DNA of 40,437 nucleotides from Catajapyx aquilonaris (GCA_000934665.2 KZ538198.1:62001-102437), one strand, 5' to 3'. Shown: positions 1-13,753, numbered from the stretch's first letter. Made by a program: numbers and translations. The notes: generated from the sequence alone by a model not told the origin.

Positions 1-149
1 CCCCACCCCCAAAAAAGTGCAGGCTGCCCGTGAAACAGACGCCCGCCATCTCGCCATGAAAAATGGCGAAATATGGCGGACTAAATATGACGCTGGCCGG
101 TGTCCACCGCGTCCTGCTGTCCAGTCGCATGTTATCAGTCGCTGGAGTA

Positions 150-420
150 ATTTATTCGCCGTGTGCAGCAACCAGCCTGGATGATCTCGTTCCAACACTG
201 GCATATACCATTGTTCTCTAGTGTATTTCTCAATCCCATTGCTGATACTATACAATATCATCCATGTGTCCTGGCATACACGCAACCCATGCGCTTCTCT
301 TGTGCTACAGGATCCCGCATTACCAGGCGTAGCAATTTCTTTACGATGTTCTCTGCACTGTTTGAGTGTATCAAGAGAAGGCCATGAATATGAATCTGGC
401 TGGGCTTGAACCTTGTTAAG
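150..420 (-). mobile_element. Possible decayed Penelope-like (RT-GIY-YIG linker) fragment
   Basis: A manual minus-strand translation gives IHG...AENIVKKLLRLVMRDPVAQEKRMGCVY, resembling PYi.glSE.i.rll...KDpvp.e.rsgvVY just upstream of the GIY-YIG domain. The similarity is weak and short. Confidence 0.22.
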
Positions 421-929
421 GACTGCAGGCTGGGTCTGGTCTCGAGGGAATGGCTCGCATGACAGCGAGAGCGTCCTGCATTGTAGCGGGCTCAGGAGAA
501 TGGCATAATGGCCCCGGAGCATTTAGCGTGTTGTTCAGAATGCTCATCCCACTGGGAAAATGTACTTGAACTTACAGTGTGCTTTCAAAGTGAAACCTAA
601 GTTTTGGTTAACCCTCGAAAGACCACTGGAACTCTAGTTGTCTACAGTTAGTTACCTTTTCGTGCAGTAACTTTAGTTCGACGGACATGTATTGCTAAGA
701 GGGCTTTACGCTATACGATCAAACTCGTAATGATTACTCGAGTCCATGTATACTATACGGAGACAGTTTGGGGCACAATCGATGTGGACCCGCCTTAATC
801 TGGGGCAGGGAATGTGCGGTCAACAAAGGCTCCGTATAACAGCATGTTTGTGAGGGGATGGAGGAGGGCGTGTAATAAATTGACTTGGGAATTCCAGTGA
901 ATATAATTTGCTTTGTTTTCCTTCCGCAG

Positions 930-1001
930 TACATTGGAACTTTGGACGTCCCCCGGCCTTCCAGCCGAGTGGAGATAGTGGCTGCCATGAGAAGGATCAG
1001 G
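930..1001 (+). CDS. NOS1AP: CAPON/NOS1AP coding exon, 72 nt: [24 protein letters not shown]
   Basis: Acceptor tttgttttccttccgcag ends at 929; donor AGG|gtaagt at 1002; phase 0/0. The peptide matches the start of the CAPON PTB domain. Confidence 0.96.
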
Positions 1002-2298
1002 GTAAGTAGGCGTCCCAGCAGTTCTGGCCTCTGCTTTGATATCAGTTCGGAATTATATTGTGCTGCTTCCTTTTGCTGTGCCAGGAGAATAGCGAAGCGG
1101 TGAAATTTTTGCCAGGAATATTGCGGCTCAAAGCTGCAAATTCAACAGAGGAAGAAAGTCTGATATAGATGTTCCCATTATATGCGAGTTTTTTTTGAAA
1201 ATTTGTGCTTTGAGGATTGAATTCCAAGGCTCTCTTGTGAGTGAAAGGAATGGGCGGAAAAGGGAGAAAAGAGTGTGTTCGCTGGTGCAGAAAAAGTGGG
1301 ATTAATTGTTCGATTTAATCCCATTTGAAGGACAGGCGCGCCCAGCTTCTTCGATGGTGAGACGGAAATGGAGGAGTGTTGGGAAGAAATGTTGTCAGCC
1401 TGTGTTTCCGTCAGTTGTGAAGTAATGGGTATCAAAGTTGTGGCCGCGTTCTTGTGGAATGGACTGTCTGTTTGAAAGAGAGAAAGTGCGAGGCTTTTCC
1501 GTTATGTAATCTTAAACCAAAGCATGATTATCAATTGTTGTAATAATATGGTAGCCTGTTGATTCTGAACGCATTCTGGAGCCTGAAATTAGTGGTGTTT
1601 ATTTATGAATGGAGAAAACGTTGGTCGCCGGTGCTGGGCTGCCTAATGAAAGTAAAGGCACAGTGTATAAGCCTATAGGAGAGAACTTATCGGGGGCCAG
1701 ATCGGTAGAGCCTGTCCCGGAAATCCTTTTAGATGTCACTGTAACCCTGGCCATCGATCCTGTACTTTTTTTTTACTGGTCCAGAATACATTTTCCTTAT
1801 TTGCAAATCACATTGGAGTAGGCGAGTTCATCGTGACCCGACTTCAGAATCATTTTTATGGAAGGGAGGAACTTTTAAGCGTATCCGACCTTCAGCCTTT
1901 TGGGACTTGTATCATCCCCAAAGCAGACGGCTGGGGATTACCTTCGCGAGTAATCTGATTGTCACACATAAGGACGGTTTTGTAGGCACATCACGGTTTC
2001 AGCAATATTTTACTGAGAGGTGGGTGTTCGTGAAGTCTTAGTTAAACAGGCTGCAACGAGGTTGATAAACCAGTAGTGTAAACGCAGGGTGTAGTTAATT
2101 GTGTCTAGGTGTGAATTCAGAAAATATATCCTGGATCTAATTCTCTTCAGCAATATATACCAGATAGGCATTAATTTAATGCTGATACCCCCATGAGGGT
2201 CGTTGAACGACAGGAACAAAGTACTATGTACGACAGCAGACTAGAGTGAAAATCCATTAATCGAATGTTGCGTGGTGTCCCCTGAAAACGAACGTGGT

Positions 2299-2322
2299 AG
2301 AGAGAGAGAGAGACAGAGAGAG
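2299..2322. repeat. (AG)n microsatellite with one interruption
   Basis: agagagagagagagacagagagag. Confidence 0.9.
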
Positions 2323-3380
2323 AAGAAGGAAAAAACAACAACAATAGGTTTTGTTAGCCCCCGCTTTTTCTTGGGATCAATTCCTCTCTCCCTGACAAAG
2401 AGTAATGCTGCCAAAATGTATATATACCTCTTTTGTGGGGGCTGATTGGCCGACGATTGTGGGCTAATTGCAGTGCGCTGTTAAAACGCGCGGCTCATTG
2501 ATGCCTGATGAATGTGTTGGGCATGGAATGGAGTTGGTCTGGGGAAAGAGGTCGAGGGCATCCGGCACCGCAGCCGAATTAATCGGTCTGCTTCGACAGA
2601 CCACTCGTTCGACCTCGGCGGCTTTCGGGGATTTTTTTTTAGAGGTCGCCGATAACAAGTTTTGACTTTGCACATGGCGGTAATTACTAGGAGGACAATG
2701 GGCGCCCCCGTAATGCCGCTGTTTTCGTTTCCACCGCTTGCTTTATCGTTGTTTGTACGCAAGTAATTGGAGGAGCAGACCGCTTTAAAATGTTGACCCA
2801 ACCACGGTGTATCCAGCACTGAGGATGTTCAAATATACCCACTGGCGGTAAACAATATTTCGTTTGTCCTGGATCGTGCCTAATACCCAAGTGAATTGCA
2901 CGATCAGAAATTGTGTGAATTGGTCCAACGTCTGCAATGCAGCTAGTACATTCTCATTACACAATGCACCAAGCATTTTCCTGCACCCTCCTGCTGTGTT
3001 TCTCTGCACTTTTTGTTGGCGTGCAAAAGTTTTTGGGAGGCCGGTTCCTGTTTCCATTGTGCAGGGACCATTCTGGTGATTGATTACTCGGACGTTGGGC
3101 GAACCCGAGTTTGTTGCAATTTCCAGCAGTCTCCGGGGGGGTAGACAGCAAGTGGTTCCGATTGGACTAATACAACGGGTTTCGATACAGTCGGTGCACC
3201 GGTCCCATTCTGGATCCTAGGAGACGCAGTGTATTTTTATTGGCCGAACTGCATGGGTTTTCTGCACCGTTCCCAGGCAAGGCTGGAATAGGAGGGGAAA
3301 AATAAAGAGAGGAATCAGTTTAATGACGATGGATTCCGAATTCTGTGAACCGGAAAGCACAGCTCCCGGAGTTGGGTTTT

Positions 3381-3394
3381 CTCTCTCTCTCTCT
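3381..3394. repeat. (CT)7 microsatellite
   Basis: ctctctctctctct. Confidence 0.85.
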
Positions 3395-6300
3395 GGCTCC
3401 CTTGTCTGCTAACCTAGTTTTGCCCCTGAGCAAGCCCGCTTGTTAGTGTCCAAACTAGCAGGCGCCGCTCCCCAACTTTGGACATTGGTAATGACAGCTA
3501 AAACTGTTCTCCAGGCGGCTCTCGTTTTTACAGGACTTTGCCTTTCCACAGTCATCCGGGGTTATCACGCTTCATGAGACGCGTCAAGTGGTGAGGACGC
3601 GTTGAAAAGTCGCTTCTTCTCTGTTTGGTTTCATATATACCGCAGTGCCCTTCAAGTGGGCAAGGAGAAAATGTTGGAGTATAGGGCCAATGGCCATAAG
3701 TTTCCAAAGCCGGAGCGGAACCATTCGCAATTTGTCACAGATGACGATTTCTTTGGCGACGCAGGAATGCCTGGCCTGGTGCAATTGATAGGGCTTGCTT
3801 GAAAGGACATGGCCGTCGGGTCCCGGAGCTCGTCCAGGAGAGTCAAAAACCCATCTGGTGTATCCCCACTGGGAGCATCCTTCATGGGAACATCTCCATT
3901 TGAAAAAGCCAGGCCTGGGCGGACGCTGTATGAGCTCCGGGTTCCGCGCAGTTGACACGGGCTGCTGTTGATATTCAAAAGCCGGAAGGTCGCATCCATC
4001 ATCAGAAAAGAAATATGTTTGGTTTCCAGACTTGTTGTTTTGACACGAGTGGCATATAGTATCTAGACTCTGCTGGCTTAATGACGAGTTCGTTGCAGCG
4101 AGTTAATCCAGAAGCGTTTCGCAACACTGGCAAACATTTTCATTAGGGCGGAAGACAGCAACTAATTGTTGCACCTTCTCCCTCGCTTATGGCTACATGA
4201 ATTAGAAGTTAATGCCTCCGTTCTCCAAATTGGAGACGTCGGATGCAGGATAATCGTCCACTTTCAGCCCTAATCCCACAATATTCTAGCCCTTTGTTCA
4301 GAAGACCTTAATTACGCAAGTGTTGCCTGCAGAAGCGTTCAGAAACCTCAAGGTGAGAACCTTGCAATAGGTCTAAAAGCTGGATCAGTGAGTGTTCCAC
4401 GTGGGCTTGAGGTCGCAGGGGTTGGAGAGAGGATTTTTTTTTAAAGCGACGTGTAATGAGCGAGGAGGGAAATTTTGTGGTTGCAAGTCCGCTGTGTTGA
4501 GGATGAGTTTTTTAAAAATCTAGTATTGGGGCAAACTTTGTTAACTCCAGGCTCAAGCTTTAACCGCTGGAACCAGCATCGTTGGTTTAGGGGTTGGTGC
4601 GTAACTTGAGCTGACAAGTTGCGGTTTGGCTGGGGTAAAGGGGGCGATACTATGCTGAGCCCCCTGTTTTGGTTGATATTGATTCAGACTAAATTTAAAG
4701 GGTTGGTACATATAATTAAACTAATGTCTATATGTACAGTATGAGGCAAACAACGGTGATTTCACATGAGATGGTATTGAATTGCTGATCCCCCATGGGA
4801 TTTATTTTGCGATGCCACTAGTACCTGCAATCGGCATGATTCCTATGCAGATGCCCCCCTCGAGATACAATCTGAAGTTGGATACTGTACACGGGGCCTG
4901 CGTTTGACAAATTCATTTCCCGCGACAAAGGAAGTTGGATTTCATTGCCCGCATGAAATCCTCTTGTATACAGAGCACAGTCATTCGGTTTGCACGTGAC
5001 AGACTCCAGTAGAACGCAACTCAGCTGACATTTTTTTAAAAGCGAAGTAGAATTAATGCAAATGCTGCAAAGCTCGCTAAAAGCCAAAATAATTAAGTTA
5101 TTTTTAAAAAGTGGAGCCTGCACCGGAGTTGTGCTTCAGCAACTAAGGAGCAACAGCGGTGCACCATGTCAGTGTAACGTGGGTGTACATTTCGGCCAAT
5201 TAACCCAGATTATCTGAGGAAAGGCAGTCGCATCAGGTTTGCTCCTTTGTTGCCTTCCCGTAACGAACCAACCGGATCTGACGGAAAGTAAGAGGCTAAC
5301 AAACATGACTTGAGCTGCACCACCCTCTAGGAAACAAAACGTGGATAGCTGTTGAGACGATGGACAAACAAGGCTCTTGGGGAAACAGTTTGTAGGAAGT
5401 CTTGCACCCTGACCTCGTTAGGAGGAGAAGGATTGGCGGAATTCCGAACTGCAAGGAAGGAGGATTGGGGAGCCTCTTTTCTTTGGCTCCTCCGGCTCTC
5501 ACCGCCCTTCCGGCCCTCATCAATACGGGGCTTTAGGAGGTGGGTAGAAGGAAGGAAGGTTGTCATTGAAACAGCACGCATGATGGATGGAGGCTAAGGA
5601 GACTCAAAATAGAAATGTCGATGGAGAGGTTTTTAGGAGAAGGTTGGCACCTTGCCACCTTCAAAACCGAGCCAGATCATTTATGCACACCTTGTTGCTA
5701 CCAAAAGAGCGCGATTGCTGGTTGGATCGCTGCCGTTCAGGGTGAATAAGATAAGGAGCATTGGCGTTTTGGCTCCCACAGTCTACAAGGTGTTTACAAA
5801 GTTTAAATCCCCCAACTCTTCCTCGGTTCAGCAAAAAAAAAGTATCGTCCTTCTGAAATGTTCCCAATGGACCTGGCTGACCATTTTCTGGCACACTTGG
5901 ACCGAAAGAGTGCATTAAAGATAACAGGATGGCGAGAACCAAGTACCTTGGAACCAAGTTTTAATCTGTGCTTAGGATAACTCGGTTGGATTGGTCCCCT
6001 GCGCGATTCTGAACAAATTGAACCATCCGTCCAGGCCAAAAGCGCAGTTTCGTGTGACACCCAATGTCTCCTCCCGACGAGAAGCGATACACGATGCGGT
6101 GTTCCAGACTCCGCAGTGTCATTCCGTTACATGCGATTAAGCAATGGTGCTGGTCCCCAAAAGGCATCGTAACCACAATGTAGATATTGCGGAAGGGGGG
6201 CGATGGAATCATAGCAAAAAGTGAAGCACCAGGTTTCCTTAATGGTTCCCGGATTCTGTTCCGGGATGGCGACAGCAAATCGCCGATTTGGGACCGAACA

Positions 6301-9300
6301 CCGGGCCAGGTACTTCCAGGTAATTACACCAAAAAGTTTTCTCTCGTCGCAAAAGGGGGGACCAGGCGATCGTTAGGCTGTGGTTTAAGTGCGGCACAAA
6401 GCTGGGTTGTAATTTTTTCGGTGCGATCAGATCAACAAGGCTGTAAGCCTTGGATATGCCCGAAAATCGGCGTCAGTTCCTCGCTTTTCTGATAAGTGGA
6501 TTATTCCAATTAATTAACCCATGCAGAGAGTGCCTGAAAAATCATCATAGACAACATTGGTTCATGCTGTTTGTCCATAGAGGCCAGGCTTTTTTGCGGA
6601 TTCGAGTTCCATGTCACATTGATTCGGGTTGAACTAGTGCACCAACATTATGAGAAACTCCCTGGAGACGCGCCCCTTTTGGTGATTGTAACGTCAAGGC
6701 TTGGTTGCCTGTGCAGAGTTTGAAGTGATGTATAGCCCTGCCAGATCTCCTTCTAAGAACCAGAGATTACTCGGCCCCCAAGTTAACGGCTTGTAAGCAC
6801 GCAGTTGCCAGTACTTACGAGTGTGTAAATTCGGGCTCGCGTTGAGCCAAGCGTAATGAGAGCCACACATCAGCCAGCAACGTCTTCGCCTCTGCTACTT
6901 AACCCTGCATCTTCCTAAGGAAGCCTCTATTTTAAAGACTAGTCAGCTGATTGACTCTAGTCGATACCTCTCGTGTTCCGGTTGCTAATTGGAAGTTTGC
7001 TGTCCAATTAGACTTATTTGGTCACGGAAAGCTCCATGGGACTTTTTTAAGCTACAGGGTATGGCTAGGATAAGTTATGGATGAGGCGTGGGGGTTTGCG
7101 ACCTGCCATTCACCTGCCTGACTTCGACCCCACCCATTTTCGACGTGTCGTAATCTTGTTTTTCGTATTAATAGAAGATCGATAGGAGGTCTACAAATTT
7201 TGACGGCGCCTGTGAGGCTTGTTCCCCGTCTCCCCAAACGCTGAATATGAATAGGAAACCTTGCGGGAGCTCTTTCCGGTCTTACATCTATTCTCTCCTG
7301 TAATGGAATTTCCTATTCCCACTTTTCCGCTAGCCCTGTGTGCAAGAGGAGGATGCCATACTTTTTCTTGATCCATCTTCCTGGATCCAATCTGTGTTGA
7401 CAGTCCCCGGAGTGCTCCAACTTAGGGACTACTTATTCGGGGATAAACTTTTCTCTCCTTTTTCTTATTCGGTCGGAAAGTTTTTTTTCCTCTCTTTCGC
7501 TTTATTAGCCGTGGAATCAGTTCAGTTTAGCCATGCGTGGACGTGAATTATGTTACATGTTTTACCTACCGCGGATTTTTGGGTGATAGCAATGGGATTT
7601 GAATTGCATTCCGTACCTTTGTTCTTGTAGTATTGCATTCCTATCGCTCCTTTTGTCCTCTTTTATATGTCAGGGACTTGGACATTGTGTGTACATGTTA
7701 GTCGGCATCTCCCTTATTAGGAAGCTCGTTCTTTGTTGGTCCACAGCCAGCTTTTTTGATAGGAAATTTTCAGTACCGGCTAAGATGAAAGCATCATCCC
7801 GTTCGCTTTTGTTCACGTTGCAATGAAAACCGTCGTTCGCGATTTTGTATTCCGGAGCAGGATACAAGCTATACAAAGGGGGGTGGGGGAAAAAAAGTAG
7901 CCTAAAGTTAGACAAAGCTCTGAAATCCCCAATATACCCACAGCAGTCATGCCGAGCAGCAAAAATCCGGGCACGTTTCTAAACAGCTATAATATGTTTA
8001 GTGTATAGAGGCTGATAAATATTGAGTACTCGGGAGGGGCTTTGAGCCTGTTCATTCATGTCAAGCCTGTGCCGGATGGAAACACTTGTGTATATGCTGC
8101 CATACACAGGGTGAGGTACTGCATACACCCACTATATTCATGTCTCGAGCACAATAGATGTACAGTATCCTTCATAATCTTTAAAAAAATCTGTTCAGAA
8201 TGTAACGAATCCGAAATTTTTGCTTCGCGATTTTTCGGCCATGTGCGGCCTACATTTTATTGAATCGTGATATTGGAGCGTCGCTCATGACCATTGCGTT
8301 CGTAACCATAGAGATAAAAGAGCTGTGCAGTCCGATTGGCATAAAGGACGTGAACAAAGCCGTCCTCGCCCTGGAGCGGGACATTTCGGAATGTATGGGA
8401 TAACAAGAATTTATATAGTATTTTTTTCCATCCTGAGGGAGTGTAGAGTCCGTACGGTTCCGTGGTCCTGCGGGTTACATAGGCCGCAGGCGCACTGCCG
8501 CTTTTACAGGTTCTTTATAACTTACTTCTGGACGACTTTGCAATCAATACCAGCCAGTGGCAACACAGCTAGCGGCAGGATATTGGCAAAGAATCAGAGA
8601 CGTGGATGGAAAATATACCGAATTTACTCCTCTCGTGCTATGCTGCCCATTTTTTGATATTCCAACACCCGCTTGTACTGTAGCTAACAGCCAATACCTT
8701 AATTCAATCCGTACTGGTATGCCTCCAGGGCATGTGTGGGTGCAAAAATAGACAATATGTCGCATAAAACGCGCACCCCACTTCCTGTACGGCACACGTG
8801 CACAGCATGCGTTGGTTGTCCCACAGTTGAGTTATTGTAGCATAATCCGCGTACTTGGGTGCGATCTTATTAGAAGCATACGTTGTGGCAGTAGCAGCAC
8901 CTGCTTCCGCCTTCCTGCACCGGGGGCTCCGGTTTCACGCATGGATTCCAACTGGCCATTGCTCACAGACCGGGCACCATTGCACCAACCCCCCTGTTAT
9001 TAATCTGGCGTGAAATAAAGGATCAGTTCTAATATTTTATACCCGCGGTTTTCAATGGGAAAGCGGATCCTTTAGAAATTTCACGCCGAGCCGTGCCTAG
9101 TTGAATATGTCTAGACTACTTGCTTGCCTATATATCGACTGCTTTAATGGAACAGGGGGATCATTAAGGAGGAGCGAGCACTGTGTGTGTATTGGACCCG
9201 GTACCTTCCATTCGACGGAATTTTAGGTTGGGGGGATCGTTACTAATGAGCGTATGTTTGTTTCTGCCCGAATCGAGCTGTGAATGCCTTTTAATTGCGA

Positions 9301-11337
9301 TTTCACGACTTCAGATTTTATTAAGAGACACCTAATTTGAGGCTGGCTTTAAGGATGTTTCTTTATATTACGGCGTCACCAGCTGAGACCTGAGTATCGG
9401 TCCGAGAATTCGTGTCTTGTCACATCGGTTATGTGCGGCATAAAAAGAAGGGAGGACCGAAAATGGAGGCAGCAAAAGCTCAGTTTTGCAAACCCAGCTG
9501 CGGGCGTGTGGTTCTGAAGACCGTTTTGGAGCTGTGGCGTCGCCGACATGTCCCCCTGGTGGTCTGAAACGGCCGCTTTAACTCGGAAACTACGGCAGTT
9601 CAGACGTCCCAAGTTGTCCAGCCGGGATTATAAAGGAGATTATAAAAAGTCCCAACCAATCTAACTAACAGGGGGTTTAAATTCAAGCATCAGTACCGGT
9701 AATGTATGCAGCAAATTAGGGAACTGTTGACGCGATAGGTGTATATACACAAAATTGTCGAGAAAAACTGCGACAGAATGATTAGGTTGTAGGTGAAAAT
9801 CTCTGATTTTTTTCCCCCGCTTGATCCAACCAATTGTACTGTTTGTTTTCGCCAGCAACAGAAACATGGCTCATCACCGATAGTTTGACGTGTTGGAAAG
9901 GAACTAATGGAATTCTGGACGGTAATTGGCGCTGAAGCTTTTGAATGACAGAAAGCTGTTATCTTGATTGGATTAGAGGTGCGCTAGTCCCTGGCCCCAT
10001 TTTCCTTCATCTCACCCCAGTTTCTAGTCATTAGTAATGTCAGTGATTTTCTACAGTCATCAGTGATTTGTGCAGGTTTCCTAATGAGGAATTGGGCTGA
10101 GTGGCACCATTTGCTAATAGCGCCCACAAAAGAGTGTTTCAGGTCTGATTGGGATGTGCTTCGTGTCAATAGGTTCAGCTTGTTTGCTTCCACTCGGAGT
10201 TGGTCATTTCAGTGGGCGATTTTTTGAGTGCGATTTCGAGTCAGGACTGATCGGACGCGTTGCAGTGTTTCAGCATATTCGGTATGACAGCACACGCTTT
10301 TAATTGATTACCGTTGGCGCATCGGAGCGACAAATTGGAACGTAACGCACGAACTGGCTAGACTAAGGACAGGTCCCCGTTTAATTTGTAGCCGTGGCCT
10401 AGGGCGTCCTACAGGCTGGTGCGGGTACTACGTGGGTATCCCAGAAAGAAAAAAAAAATGTTCCGAATACCGGATATATGGGTTTGGCAGTGTGGGGAGC
10501 TGATTGGGAATGGGTCGGAAATTGATCGGATCCGTCAGCAAGTTTGAAAGCTGCGACGGTCCATTGTCCCTCCTGCTTTCAAATGGATCATTTCGGCGTC
10601 AAATGGACCGATCCGCTGAGGGAGACGCCTCTGCCGTTTTTTGGGTACGGACGTGCTGGCGCACAAGAAAATGATCCGTGGATGAGGAACGGACCCGGCT
10701 GGGTGCCGGAAATATTATCATGCAAAACAGCGTCAGACGTCAACTCGGGCTTTTTTTATCTTGCGACGGAACGTTCTCATCCGGAACGATAATCCAAGCT
10801 TGGCAAAACTTGCCGACTGAACGTGACAAAATGTTACCATGTTTGGTGCCAGGACCTGGGATTCATGTATAGGGAAGAAGCAACAATTATCATCAGGCGA
10901 ATCAAGCAATTTTTTATTTATAAAGCGGATATTAAAATTTTGAGAAAAGTGTGGCACACCTCTAGTAGATGGAGTTAGTTGCGAGTTGGCAGTTTTAACA
11001 AGAGATGGCGTGGGGGTCTTGGTAGCTAGGCGTTTTGTAGTCAGTCGTGAGACAGCCAGATATGAGGCTAGCCTATGTTCCAACTGTTAGGTGAAACATG
11101 ACATACAGCATGAAGTGAACCGAGTGTTTTGATATCTTCTGCCCCCCCTCCCAACATCACGGCGCGAAAACCCTCATCTTGCAGCAGTGGTTGAAATAGG
11201 GGTCGGAGATGTGAGATGAAGTTTCCAGTGGGCGAGCCGTAAACAGCAGAAACAAGGGAAGTGGGGGGAGGAGGAAGGAAAAGGGGGGTGGAGGAAGTGG
11301 CAGGGAGGCAGAATCGATCTTTTGGCCGCTTGAAGAG

Positions 11338-11361
11338 NNNNNNNNNNNNNNNNNNNNNNNN
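11338..11361. other. Assembly gap (24 N) followed by G12
   Basis: N run, then a G homopolymer at 11362-11373. Confidence 0.99.
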
Positions 11362-13660
11362 GGGGGGGGGGGGCAGGCGGATCTTGCAACCGGAAGGAGG
11401 ATAATGTGTCGGGACAAGGGAGAGGATCTTCCTATGTTAGTTTATAGAAGCTTTGAGGGGGAGGCAAAGTGTACCCAAGTGATTTTGACCCTACTGGTGC
11501 TTAATTAGCAAGTCAGGTCGTTTGCATTTTGGAAGTTTTTTTGCTTCAGGGCCCAAGGAAAACTGGGGAGTTGAAGGGAAGAATATAGTGGAGATGGAAA
11601 AGTAAATAATGACTTTTGCTCTTGTGTGAGTCTGCTTTTCCTGGTTATATCAAGTAGCTGGTGCCGAGGCCCATGTTTATGTTTCGTGTCTGGAGGACTG
11701 CTGGAGTTTCGGACCTATGGGAATTCGCAATATGGACGGCATGTGGAGGTGGGGAACAAAGGGGCCGCTTTGGAGCTAGGTGTTTTATTCAGAATAAGTG
11801 CAGCTAAATTTTTTACTAGTTACAATTATAAATGTAGCACTCGTGCTTTGTTCAAGTATTCAGTTGACGTACTATACAATGCGATCACCATGTGGTTGCA
11901 CCACTTTTAATATTTAGCAGTGTTATATATAAACTTACACTGCTTAGTGTATAGTGCTGTTAAATTATTAAACTCAACACTTGCTCTTGAGAAGGGATTT
12001 CTGAAAAATCCCGTAAAAGTTACTTGAAGCCGACACTTTGGTTAGTGGTGCGGCATGAAGAGGCGTGCTTCCCATGCCAGTCGAGTTGTCGATACAGCAG
12101 AACAACTTGGTGTGATTCGGCATTCCGAATTGAGTTTGGAGGGTATAGTGCGCTAGGTGTGCCAGAAATTCCTGCCATGCCTGCTGCTTCCATCCCCCCT
12201 TGGCTCGAATTGATCTCGCGCACTATTACTTTTATAGCATAATGGCAAATCGCTTCACGGAAGACCTGGCCCGCTGTTTCCAGCTCTGGGTTGACCGTTT
12301 GCATCTCTGCACTATTAATGGGAGGCACGTCCGCCACTTTTTTTTTCCTTTTTTACAAATATTTTGGAACCACAATGTAGTTATGGTAGCGGAAGTGACG
12401 AGCATATAAACTGATCGGAAAAACGGGGGATTTGGATGGGACATGGGGCATAAAAATTGCTCACGTTCAGTTAATGGCGGGTTGTGTTTCACGTACGGTG
12501 TGGCGGTTGCCACAATTTTAATGAACCCGTGTTCCAGCTTATTCACATGGCAACCTTTATTACTCGACTCATTATCGGAATTTGCAGCGGAAAAGTTCAT
12601 TCGATGATATGTTCCTGGAACATAAGGCATTTTTTTTTTCACTCCCTGCCTAGTGCCCTGAATAATTCAAATGGATCTGTCGCTGCCAATGATCAGGAGT
12701 CCTTGGTGTCCCCCCATAGCTTTTATCGACCTTTGTTTCAGTGCCGCAAAATGGCTGCTTTTTCCCTCCCCATCCCGTGCTACCCACCACCAGCATAATC
12801 ACTCGGAAGACATTTTAAGACGAGGCACAGATGATTGCCAGGCAGCACCTTCTGGAATGGGGATCGATAATTCCCGAAGGAATTATAGTGACTCGACGAA
12901 CTTTGAGCTGCCGGATAGAACTTTCTTTCCTCCCCCGCCACAATATAACAAGCCGGCACTTGAATAAGTTTGCCTTGTTTCACCTCGTTTGTAGTAGATA
13001 CGGCTTGAATTTTGGGCTCTCTTGGGAAATCTGCTGCCTAAGGAGTAGCCCGTACCGACCCCCTTAGTCTATTATCTCCGGTGGCGAGGAGGATTATTTG
13101 TCCCCCGACGTGCACCTTGTTCGCCTAATCAACATAAATCACCGGTGAACTCCCCAAACCACGGTGGGGGCAATCCCGCCGGTACTTATCAACTAGGGTT
13201 ATGGAACGAATCTGTAGGCGATGCGTGATTGGTGACTGTGCACATGGGAATACCTATAATGTGAATTAGTGTCCCTGATTTCTGGGAATATTATTGTGTT
13301 CATATCATACCCTGAAATTGGTATTTCAATATTGGGATGACGGGCCATTAGGTCACCATGCAAAGTGGCGTGATTGTACTTGTTTTCCTGGCATGTGATT
13401 ATTAGTATTAGATGCACCCTCTTCGGAAAGTGTATCACTTCATCAGACGGTTGAGTCTACTTGGAAAGGTTCGCGTTCACTCGGTCTTATCTGCTTTTCT
13501 ACAGGAGAAGGATTGGGTAATTTGGAGGGGGCGAGGCCTCGCAATAAATGTGGTGTTGGGGGGGTTTCCGGGCTTTTCTGGCTCTCGGAGTGACTGATAG
13601 ATTGTGTACGTGTCGACCGTAATCCTCTTGGTCTTATACATTATCCTTTTATCTTTGCAG

Positions 13661-13753
13661 TACGAGTTCAAGGCGAAAGGCATAAAGAAGAAAAAGGTGA
13701 CGATAGATGTCTCTGTGGATGGTGTCAAAGTGACGCTCAGGAAGAAGAAAAAG
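13661..13753 (+). CDS. NOS1AP: CAPON/NOS1AP coding exon, 93 nt: [31 protein letters not shown]
   Basis: Acceptor tccttttatctttgcag ends at 13660; donor AAG|gtaagg at 13754; phase 0/0. The polybasic PTB segment is typical of CAPON. Confidence 0.96.

Noticed and set aside
3584..4002. Overlapping 116-124 aa minus-strand ORFs in a GC-richer patch, as a nested gene
   Set aside because: No recognisable motif or convincing splice boundaries. An unrecognised repeat relic cannot be excluded.
5296..5600. LQFGIPPILLLL on the minus strand as a LINE RT GVPQG motif
   Set aside because: The key PQG residues are missing and there are no flanking RT motifs.
8161..8681. TACAGTA...TACTGTA as Tc1/mariner MITE ends
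   Set aside because: Complementarity does not extend beyond 7 nt.
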